Of a DNA stretch of 43,209 bases, positions 36,228 to 43,209 are shown in pieces. The DNA comes from Deltaproteobacteria bacterium (GTDB taxonomy: Bacteria; Myxococcota; Myxococcia; Myxococcales; 40CM-4-68-19). Every line of letters starts with the position of its first letter. Position 1 is the stretch's first letter. The notes beneath the pieces are model-generated. The model saw only the letters and a list, made by a program, of their open reading frames with translations. It had not been told where the DNA came from and ran no database searches. The position numbers were made by a program, and so were the translations under genes. The stretch lies in contig VBKQ01000008.1 of assembly GCA_005879505.1 (NCBI GenBank), forward strand, positions 1 to 43,209, read 5' to 3'.

Positions 36228-37342
36228 TGCTCTACAACCTCCTGTTCCCCTTCTCCGACCGCGTCCCGCTCTTCAACGTGCTGCGGTATCCCTCGTTCCG
36301 CATGCTGATGGCGGGGCTGGTCTCGCTGGTGATCGGCCTCTTCCTCGGCCCGAGCTACATCGACGCGCTGCGCAGGCTGCAGCACGGGGCGAGCAACGTG
36401 CGCGAGGACACGCCGGAGGCGCATCAACGGAAGGTCGGAACGCCTTCGATGGGTGGAGGCCTCATCCTCTGGGCGATGCTGGTGGGAACGCTGCTCTTCG
36501 CCGACCTGACGAACCGCATGGTCTGGGCCGCGCTGATCATCACGCTCGGCTTCGGCGCGATCGGATTCGCCGACGATTGGCTCAAGTTCAGCAAGCGCAA
36601 CTCCAAGGGGCTGGCCGGACGCAAGAAGCTGCTCTGGCAGACGATCATCTTCGTGGTGGTGGTGGCCGTCTTCTTCGTCGACTGGAAGCACGGCTCGCTC
36701 TATCTGGACACCCGCCTCGCCATCCCCTTCGTGAAGGTGAAGGCGTTCAATCCCGTCCTGCCCTGGTGGATCTACCTGCCCTTCGCCTTCGTGGTGATCG
36801 TCGGGACATCGAACGCGGTGAACCTGACCGACGGGCTCGACGGCCTCGCCATCGGTCCCACCATCGTCAGCGCGCTGACCTTCATGCTCCTCGCCTATCT
36901 CGCGGGAGCCACCATCCGAGGGCTCAACATCGCCGACTACCTGCTGATCCCGCACATCCCGGGCGCGGCGGAGCTGGCGGTGTTCTGCGCCGCCATGGCC
37001 GGAGCCGGCATCAGTTTCCTCTGGTTCAACACCTATCCGGCGACCGTGTTCATGGGCGACGTGGGATCGCTCGCCCTCGGCGGCGGCCTCGGCGCGCTCG
37101 CGGTGCTGACGAAGAACGAGGTCGACAGCGCCATCATCCACGGAGTCTTCTTCGCCGAGATCGTCTCGGTGATGCTGCAGGTGCTCTGGTTCAAGCGCAC
37201 CGGCCGCCGGATCTTCCGCATGGCTCCCATCCACCACCACTTCGAGCTGCAGGGCTGGACGGAGCCGAAGATCATCGTCCGCTTCTGGATCGTCTCCATC
37301 ATCCTGGCGCTGACCGCGCTGGCGTCGCTGAAGCTGAGATGA
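36227..37342 (+). CDS. mraY: Phospho-N-acetylmuramoyl-pentapeptide transferase
   Basis: Contains KVGTPSMGG, NAVNLTDGLDGLA and APIHHHFE. The ATG shares 1 nt with the murF TGA. Confidence 0.93.
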   Translation: MLYNLLFPFSDRVPLFNVLRYPSFRMLMAGLVSLVIGLFLGPSYIDALRRLQHGASNVREDTPEAHQRKVGTPSMGGGLILWAMLVGTLLFADLTNRMVWAALIITLGFGAIGFADDWLKFSKRNSKGLAGRKKLLWQTIIFVVVVAVFFVDWKHGSLYLDTRLAIPFVKVKAFNPVLPWWIYLPFAFVVIVGTSNAVNLTDGLDGLAIGPTIVSALTFMLLAYLAGATIRGLNIADYLLIPHIPGAAELAVFCAAMAGAGISFLWFNTYPATVFMGDVGSLALGGGLGALAVLTKNEVDSAIIHGVFFAEIVSVMLQVLWFKRTGRRIFRMAPIHHHFELQGWTEPKIIVRFWIVSIILALTALASLKLR

Positions 37343-38473
37343 ACCTCTCCGGACGACACGCCCTCGTGGTGGGCCTGGGCAAGAGCGGCGAGGCCGCCGC
37401 CCGCCTGCTTCGTTCGCGCGGCGCGCAGGTCGTAGCGGCGGACGACAAGGAGCTGCCGTTCGAGGGCGAGCTCAGGCGCGTGGCTCCGGAGTCCTTGCGC
37501 GGGATCGATCTGGTGGTGGCGAGCCCCGGCGTTCCGCTCTCGCTCCCCATCTTCATCGAGGCGCGCTCGCGTCGGATCGAGTTGATCGGGGAGGTGGAGC
37601 TGGCTTCCCGCTTCATCTCCGAGCCGATCTTCGGGATCACGGGCACCAACGGGAAGAGCACCACCACCGCGCTCTGCGGCCACCTCCTCTCCACGGCCGG
37701 ATTGCGCGTCTTCACCGGCGGAAATCTGGGCGACGCCTTGAGCAACCGCGTGCTCGCGGGCGATCGGCTCGACGCCACGGTCTGCGAGCTGTCGAGCTAC
37801 CAGCTCGAGTCGATCGTTTCGCTGCGCTGCGCGGCGGCAACGGTCCTCAACGTCACGCCGGATCACCTCGATCGGTATCCCTCGCTCGACGCCTACGCGG
37901 CGGCGAAGCAGCGCATCTTCGAGAACCAGCGCGCAGGCGACACCGCCGCGATCAACCCACAACCGCGAGAACGCGTTCGCCGCCTGCCTGCTGGCGCGGC
38001 ACCTCGGCGTCGGCTTCGATGCGCTGCAGAAGGGTCTCGACAGCTACCCGGGGCTGCCCCACCGCCTGGAGCCGGTCCGCGTGCTCGACGGGGTGGAGTG
38101 GATCAACGACTCCAAGGCGACGAACGTGGACAGCGTGGAGAAGTCGCTGAGCGCGTTCGAGGGCAACGTCCACATCATCATGGGCGGTCGCGGCAAGGGC
38201 GCACCCTATGCGCCGCTGCGCGAATTGATGCGCGGGCGGGTGAAGACGATCTTCACGATCGGCGAGGACGCCAAGGCGATCGCCTCCGAGCTGTCCGGGG
38301 CGGCGGAGATCGAGCCCTGTGGCGTGCTCGCAACCGCTGTGTTCCAGGCGCGCAAGCGCGCCCGGCGCGGTGACGTGGTGCTGCTCTCGCCCGCCTGCGC
38401 CTCCTACGATCAGTTCCGCAACTTCGAAGACCGGGGCGATCAGTTCAAGGCCCTCGTGCGGGGGCTCTCGTGA
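37339..38473 (+). pseudogene. murD: murD (UDP-MurNAc-L-Ala--D-Glu ligase) disrupted by an internal deletion plus a frameshift near 37956/37958
   Basis: The N-part (frame of 37339) has GLGKSG, GITGTNGKSTT, NVTPDHLDRY and RIFENQRAGDTAAIN. The C-part is in a different frame from 37958 and has HNRENAFAACLLARHLGV, PGLPHRLE, WINDSKATN and SPACASYDQF. The segment normally between ..N(A)DD.. and ..G.HN.. is absent; it is about 55 aa in E. coli MurD as I recall it. Confidence 0.8.
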
Positions 38474-39568
38474 GCGCGTCGGCCGTCGCCGGAGCGCGCG
38501 TGGCCCGCCAGCGGGCAGAGCAGCTGCGGCCGGTGCTGCGCTACGACCCGGTGCTGCTCGCGGCCGTGCTGCTGCTCCTCGCCTTCGGCGTCGTCATGGT
38601 CTACAGCGCGAGCGCGGTCTACGCCGGCGCGCGCCTGGGCGACCCGCTCTGGTTCCTCAAGCGGCAGGCCGCGGCGGCCCTGGTCGGGCTCGTCGCGTTG
38701 CTCGGCGCGATGAGGCTCGGCTACCGCCGCCTGGAGGCGCTCGTCGTTCCCCTGGTGTTCGTCTCGCTCGCGCTGCTCCTCTGCGTGCACGTGCCCGGGC
38801 TCGGTCATAGCGCGGGCGGCGCGACGCGCTGGCTACGGATCGGCCCGCTGACCTGCCAGCCCAGCGAGCTGGCGAAGATCGCGCTGGTACTCTGGCTCGC
38901 GCGCTCGCTGGCGAAGAAGCAGGACCGCATCCGTTTCTTCTCGGTGGGGGTCTTGCCTCATCTCACGGTGCTGGCGATCTTCGCTCTGTTCTTGATGCTC
39001 GAGCCGGACTTCGGAACGACCGCCGTCCTCGGCGGCGTCTCTTTCGCGGAAGTCTCCGTACCGCATCCAGCGCATCCTCGCCTTCCTCGATCCCTGGAAG
39101 GATCCGAGGGGACACGGCTACCAGACCGTGGAATCGCTCCTGGCGTTCGGGGCCGGCGGCTCGTTCGGCGTCGGACTGGGAGAAAGCCACCAGAAGCTGT
39201 TCTTCCTTCCCGCAGCGCACACCGACTTCATCCTCAGCATCGTCGGCGAGGAGCTGGGGTTCGCGGGCGTGGCGGCGGTGCTGGTGCTCTTTGCGGCGGT
39301 CGTCTGGCGCGGGATCCGCGCGGCGTACTGCGCGGCGGACGCCTTCGGATGCTGGGCGGCGCTCGGGTTGACCCTTCTGCTCGGGGTGGAAGCGCTGGTG
39401 AACGCGGGGATGGCGCTCGCGCTGCTTCCCACCAAGGGGATGGCGCTGCCGTTCCTCTCCTACGGGATGTCGTCGGTGATCGCCTCCTGCATCGCGGCCG
39501 GCATCCTGCTCTCCGTCAGCGGCGGCCCCGGTGGCTTCCTCCGCCGGGCCTCGGGAGCACAGCGATGA
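38470..39568 (+). pseudogene. ftsW: ftsW (SEDS peptidoglycan polymerase) disrupted by an internal deletion plus a frameshift near 39046-39050
   Basis: The N-part (frame of 38470) runs to ...QPSELAKIALVLW...EPDFGTTAVLGGVSFA. The C-part is in another frame and reads KSPYRIQRILAFLDPWKDPRGHGYQ...AAHTDFI...LPTKGMALPFLSYG. About one TM segment is missing between them. The frameshift is why the track shows a 742-aa ftsW-murG fusion ORF. Confidence 0.8.
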
Positions 39569-40698
39569 GGCTCCTCGTCGCAGGCGGCGGCACCGGTGGC
39601 CATCTCTTCCCCGGCCTGGCGCTGGGGGAAGAGGTGAAGACCCGCCATCCGCGCAACGACGTGCTGTTCGTCGGATCGGCGCGGGGGATCGAGGCGCGCG
39701 AGGTGCCGAAGGCGGGATATCCGCTGGAGATCATCGACGTCGGTCCGCTCAAGCGGATCGGCCTGCTCGGTTTCCTCATGGGCCTGTTTCGCCTTCCTCG
39801 CGCCTTCTGGCAATCGATGAAGGTCCTGCGGAAGTTCGATCCCGACGTGGTGATCGGCGTCGGCGGCTACTCGAGCGGGCCGGTGCTCCTCGTCGCCTGC
39901 CTGATGCGCAAGCCCACCGCGATCCAGGAGCAGAACGCCCTTCCCGGGTTCACCAACCGTACGCTGGGGCATTTCGTCGACGCCGTGTTCATCGCCTTTC
40001 CGCAGGCGGGGCGCGCGTTTGCCCCCCGCAAGACGCATCTGCTCGGCAACCCGATCCGCCGCGCGTTCCTCGACAACTACCTGCATACCAAGCCGGCGAC
40101 GGACCGGCTGAGCATCTTGGTGACCGGCGGATCTCAAGGAGCCCACCCCCTCAACCTGCGCGTGGCGGAGGCGCTGGAGATCCTCGGCCCGCAGATCGGC
40201 CCCCGCGTCCAGGTCCTGCACCAGACGGGCAGCAAGGACCAGCCGGAGATCGCGGCGCGGTACGAAAAGCTCCAGTCGACGGGCCTGGCCGTCCAGGCCG
40301 TCGCATTCATCGACGACATGGCGCGCGCGTACGCGGGCGCGGACCTCCTGGTCTGCCGGGCGGGGGCCACCACCATCGCGGAGCTGACCGTCTGCAAGAA
40401 GCCGGCGATCCTGGTGCCTTTCCCGTTTGCCGCCGACGACCACCAGACCGTCAACGCGCAGAGCCTGGTCGAGGCGGGGGCCGCGCTGCTGATGCCGGAA
40501 AAGGACCTGACGGCGCAAAAGCTCGCCGACGCCGTCCGGGGGTTGGAAGGCGACCGCTCGAGGCTGCAGCGCATGGCCCGGGCGAGCGGGGTCCTGGGGC
40601 GGCCGGAGGCGGCCCGGGAGATCGCGGACGTCTGCGTTTCACTCTGCAGGGACCGTCTGGTCCGGGAGGGGAGGCACCTGCCGCCGGCACCGAGATGA
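39565..40698 (+). CDS. murG: UDP-GlcNAc--undecaprenyl-PP-MurNAc-pentapeptide GlcNAc transferase
   Basis: Contains MRLLVAGGGTGGHLFPGLAL, GGYSSGP and TGGSQGA. The ATG at 39565 overlaps the stop of the ftsW C-part (ATGA). Confidence 0.92.
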   Translation: MRLLVAGGGTGGHLFPGLALGEEVKTRHPRNDVLFVGSARGIEAREVPKAGYPLEIIDVGPLKRIGLLGFLMGLFRLPRAFWQSMKVLRKFDPDVVIGVGGYSSGPVLLVACLMRKPTAIQEQNALPGFTNRTLGHFVDAVFIAFPQAGRAFAPRKTHLLGNPIRRAFLDNYLHTKPATDRLSILVTGGSQGAHPLNLRVAEALEILGPQIGPRVQVLHQTGSKDQPEIAARYEKLQSTGLAVQAVAFIDDMARAYAGADLLVCRAGATTIAELTVCKKPAILVPFPFAADDHQTVNAQSLVEAGAALLMPEKDLTAQKLADAVRGLEGDRSRLQRMARASGVLGRPEAAREIADVCVSLCRDRLVREGRHLPPAPR

Positions 40699-40717
40699 AT
40701 CCACCCAAGCTCAGCTA

Positions 40718-40747
40718 TTGATTATCGTAGATCGAATCGAGTACATT
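40718..40747 (+). promoter_or_regulatory. Candidate internal promoter upstream of murC
   Basis: TTGATT (40718-40723), an 18-nt spacer, then TACATT (40742-40747). It lies in the only sizeable, AT-richer gap inside the cluster (40699-40775). GAGGAGAGGGG precedes GTG 40776. Confidence 0.4.
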
Positions 40748-40775
40748 CGCGTTACATGAGGAGAGGGGCGCCACC

Positions 40776-42149
40776 GTGTTTCGCAACAAGAAGGTCAAGG
40801 TCCACTTCGTGGGGATCGGAGGGATCGGCATGAGCGGCATCGCCGAGCTCCTGCTGAACCTCGGCTACCGGGTGAGCGGATCGGACCTGAAGGAGAGCGA
40901 CATCACCAAGCGCCTGGCCTCGCTCGGTGGCAGCGTCGTCGCCGGGCACCGCGCCGAGAACGTGGCGGCAGACGTGGACGTGGTGGTGACCTCCAGCGCC
41001 GTCCGCAAGAACAACCCGGAAGTGGTGGCGGCGAAGGACCGCGGCATTCCCGTGATTCCGCGAGCCGAGATGCTCGCGGAGCTGATGCGCCTCAAGGAGG
41101 GAGTCGCCATCGCCGGATCGCACGGCAAGACCACCACCACTTCGCTGATCGCGACCGTGCTGGCACACGCGAAGCTCGACCCGACGGCGGTGGTGGGCGG
41201 CAAGCTCAACGCGCTCGGTTCGAATGCCAAGCTCGGCAAGGGCCAGCTGATGGTGGTGGAGGCGGACGAGAGCGACGGATCCTTCCTCCGGCTGTCGCCG
41301 GCGATCGCGGTGATCACCAACGTCGATCCGGAGCACCTCGATTACTACGGGACGGTCGAGGCGCTGCAGCAGGCCTTCGTCGACTTCGCCGACCGGGTGC
41401 CGTTCTACGGGCTCGCGGTGCTCTGCGTCGACCATCCGGTCGTGCAGCACCTCATCCCGCGCATCGGAAAGCGGCACACCACTTACGGCCTCTCGCCCCA
41501 GGCCGAGTGGCGCGCGGACGACATCCGGCACGCGCCCTTCCAGTCGCGGTTCATGGTCTCGCACAAGGGCAAGCAGGAGGGGGAGGTGACGCTGCGGATG
41601 GTGGGCGCGCACAACGTCCTCAACGCGCTCGCCTGCTGCGCCGTGTCGCACGAGCTGGGGATTCCCTTCAAGGTGACCGCGGAGGCGTTGGGCGATTTCG
41701 CGGGCGTCCAGCGCCGATTCACCGTGCGCGGCGAGGTCAACGGCATCACCGTGGTGGACGATTACGGGCACCACCCCGCGGAGATCCGGGCAACGCTCGC
41801 CGGCGCGCGCGCCAGTTTTCCCCAGCGGCGGATCGTCTGCGCCTTCCAGCCCCACCGGTACACCCGCACCCGCGATCTACTGGGCGAGTTCGCGACCGCC
41901 TTCAACGACGCCGATTCGCTGCTGCTCACCGAAGTGTACGCGGCCAGCGAGGATCCGATCCCCGGTGTCACCGGGGCAAAGCTGCACGAGGCCGTGAAGG
42001 CGTGCGGCCACCGGGACGCGGCCTTTGCAGAGCGCGCCGAGCTGGCGCGCAGGCTTCGCGAGAAGGTGCGCCCGGGGGACCTGGTGATCACCCTCGGCGC
42101 GGGCGACATCACGCACGTCGGCGAAGAGCTGCTGGGGTTGCTCGGGTGA
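40776..42149 (+). CDS. murC: UDP-N-acetylmuramate--L-alanine ligase
   Basis: Contains [36 protein letters not shown] and [10 protein letters not shown]. Confidence 0.93.
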   Translation: MFRNKKVKVHFVGIGGIGMSGIAELLLNLGYRVSGSDLKESDITKRLASLGGSVVAGHRAENVAADVDVVVTSSAVRKNNPEVVAAKDRGIPVIPRAEMLAELMRLKEGVAIAGSHGKTTTTSLIATVLAHAKLDPTAVVGGKLNALGSNAKLGKGQLMVVEADESDGSFLRLSPAIAVITNVDPEHLDYYGTVEALQQAFVDFADRVPFYGLAVLCVDHPVVQHLIPRIGKRHTTYGLSPQAEWRADDIRHAPFQSRFMVSHKGKQEGEVTLRMVGAHNVLNALACCAVSHELGIPFKVTAEALGDFAGVQRRFTVRGEVNGITVVDDYGHHPAEIRATLAGARASFPQRRIVCAFQPHRYTRTRDLLGEFATAFNDADSLLLTEVYAASEDPIPGVTGAKLHEAVKACGHRDAAFAERAELARRLREKVRPGDLVITLGAGDITHVGEELLGLLG

Positions 42150-43183
42150 CCGGGCTGATCGCCGAACTGCGCCGCGCAGCGCGCGGCGAGGTGATCGAGC
42201 AAGCGCCGCTGGCGCCGCGCACCAGCGTGCGCGTGGGCGGGCCGGCGAAGCTGCTGGTGAGGCCGAGCGATCCGCGCGCGCTGGTCGATCTCCTCGGGGT
42301 CCTCCGAGGCGCCGCCGTTCCCTGGCTCTCGCTGGGCGGGGGAGCGAACACCATCGTCGGCGACCTGGGCGTGAACGGGGCAGTCATCCGTCTCGGTCAG
42401 GACTTCGCGGCGGAAGAAGTGGAAGAAGGCGGCGACCATGTCGTGCTCACGTTGGGCGCCGGCGCTCCCATCGCCCGCTTCCTCTCGCTCGCCAGGGACC
42501 AGCGCGGCATCGGCGTCGCCTGGGTGGCGGGGATCCCGGGCACCGTCGGCGGCCTCGTGGCGATGAATGCCGGCACTCCGGCCGGGTGCATGGCGGATCA
42601 CCTCCTCGCCGCGGAGGTCGCCTCTCCCGATGGGCTGCGCTGGGTCGACGCAGCGGATCTGCATCTCGCTTACCGCCACTGCGAGCTTCCGCCCGGCTCC
42701 ATCCTCACGCGGGCACGCTGCAGGGTCCGGCGCGGTTCGGAAGGCGATCTGATCGAGCAGCAGCGCGTGGCCAAGGCGGACGTCGATCGGCGCCGCGCCA
42801 CGCAGCCGCTCAACCTCCCGAACTCGGGTTCGGTGTTCGTCAACCCGCCGGGCGACTTCGCCGGGCGCCTGATCGAGCAGGCCGGGCTGAAGGGAACCAC
42901 CCTCGGCGGCGCGCAGATCAGCGATCGCCACGCGAATTTCATCGTCAACCTGGGAAGGGCCAAGGCGGCGGACGTGGTCGAGCTGATCGCGCTGGCCCGG
43001 CGGACGGTGCTCGAGCGAACCGGGATCGAGCTGAAGCCCGAAGTGCGGCTGGTCGGCGATTTCGAGCCGCCGCTGCCGTCCGAGCTGCAGCCGCATCGCC
43101 TGAAGCCCCTGCTGCCGGGCGCAGAAGTGCCGGCGGTCGAGATGCCGGATCGGACGAAGTCCTGCCTTCGGGTGCAACCATGA
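42146..43183 (+). CDS. murB: UDP-N-acetylenolpyruvoylglucosamine reductase, with a C-terminal extension of about 45 aa
   Basis: The GTG at 42146 overlaps the murC stop (GTGA). The protein contains [27 protein letters not shown] and [10 protein letters not shown]. Confidence 0.88.
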   Translation: MTGLIAELRRAARGEVIEQAPLAPRTSVRVGGPAKLLVRPSDPRALVDLLGVLRGAAVPWLSLGGGANTIVGDLGVNGAVIRLGQDFAAEEVEEGGDHVVLTLGAGAPIARFLSLARDQRGIGVAWVAGIPGTVGGLVAMNAGTPAGCMADHLLAAEVASPDGLRWVDAADLHLAYRHCELPPGSILTRARCRVRRGSEGDLIEQQRVAKADVDRRRATQPLNLPNSGSVFVNPPGDFAGRLIEQAGLKGTTLGGAQISDRHANFIVNLGRAKAADVVELIALARRTVLERTGIELKPEVRLVGDFEPPLPSELQPHRLKPLLPGAEVPAVEMPDRTKSCLRVQP

Positions 43184-43209
43184 CCTTCAAGGCGTTGCAG
43201 ATGGCACAG
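43180..43209 (+). CDS. First 10 codons of the next dcw gene, identity not determinable
   Basis: The ATG at 43180 overlaps the murB stop (ATGA), and the frame reads [10 protein letters not shown]... to the window end. Confidence 0.35.
   Translation, partial: MTFKALQMAQ

Noticed and set aside
37339-39568. Programmed ribosomal frameshifting as the explanation for the murD and ftsW frame changes.
   Set aside because: In both genes conserved protein segments are physically missing at the junction, not merely shifted, and no slippery heptamer or downstream structure is evident.
38470-40698. A 742-aa ORF that looks like an FtsW-MurG fusion protein.
   Set aside because: The middle ~170 aa are Arg/Gly-rich nonsense produced by the ftsW frameshift. 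Authentic FtsW C-terminal sequence is in another frame (39050-39568), and murG has its own ATG at 39565.

Overview
This is a very GC-rich (by eye about 70%) chromosomal window, densely packed with mostly housekeeping genes. Lineage markers point to Myxococcota, probably an Anaeromyxobacter-like member of the Cystobacterineae. These markers are a CarD/CarG pair in which CarD has a Lys/Ala/Pro-rich histone-H1-like tail, an MXAN_5187-type C-terminal domain, an AgmX/PglI-like tail domain, and Myxococcus-type Cys-rich repeats on Pal. Gene order from left to right is as follows. First come a 5'-truncated tail-domain protein, an N6-adenine MTase coupled to rmuC, pyrH-frr-ORF, a plant-type glutamate-cysteine ligase and a tiny ORF. 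On the minus strand follow a DHH phosphoesterase and a B12-type radical SAM protein. Then come a TPR lipoprotein, a DsbA-like oxidoreductase, truD and an MXAN_5187-type membrane protein. On the minus strand follow a DUF169 gene and PBP1A. Then come GIY-YIG, pal and ybgF. On the minus strand follow a hypothetical gene and GT39, a membrane protein, carG and carD. Then come an acyl-CoA dehydrogenase, a degenerate trehalose-phosphatase-like protein and an M1 aminopeptidase. The right third is a dcw cluster: mraZ, STAS, rsmH, ftsL, ftsI, murE, murF, mraY, murD, ftsW, murG, murC, murB, and the start of the next gene. The five most notable observations are these. (1) Three internal lesions lie in dcw genes: murD and ftsW each lack an internal segment and are frameshifted, and rsmH lacks its conserved FHSLEDR-to-C-terminal segment in frame. 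(2) A 65-bp hairpin element with perfect 20-bp arms and atypical codon composition sits in frame inside the lipoprotein gene. (3) A roughly 30-nt intergenic block with a TGTACAGT core occurs upstream of two unrelated minus-strand genes, and the core occurs a third time elsewhere. (4) A solitary gamma-class MTase is translationally coupled to rmuC. (5) A STAS-domain gene is wedged between mraZ and rsmH, downstream of a textbook 3 x GTGG MraZ operator. I saw no rRNA, tRNA, CRISPR array, transposase or integrase. Many long ORFs in the six-frame track are GC-driven artefacts. All calls are from reading motifs, frames and third-position GC by eye; no alignments or searches were run.
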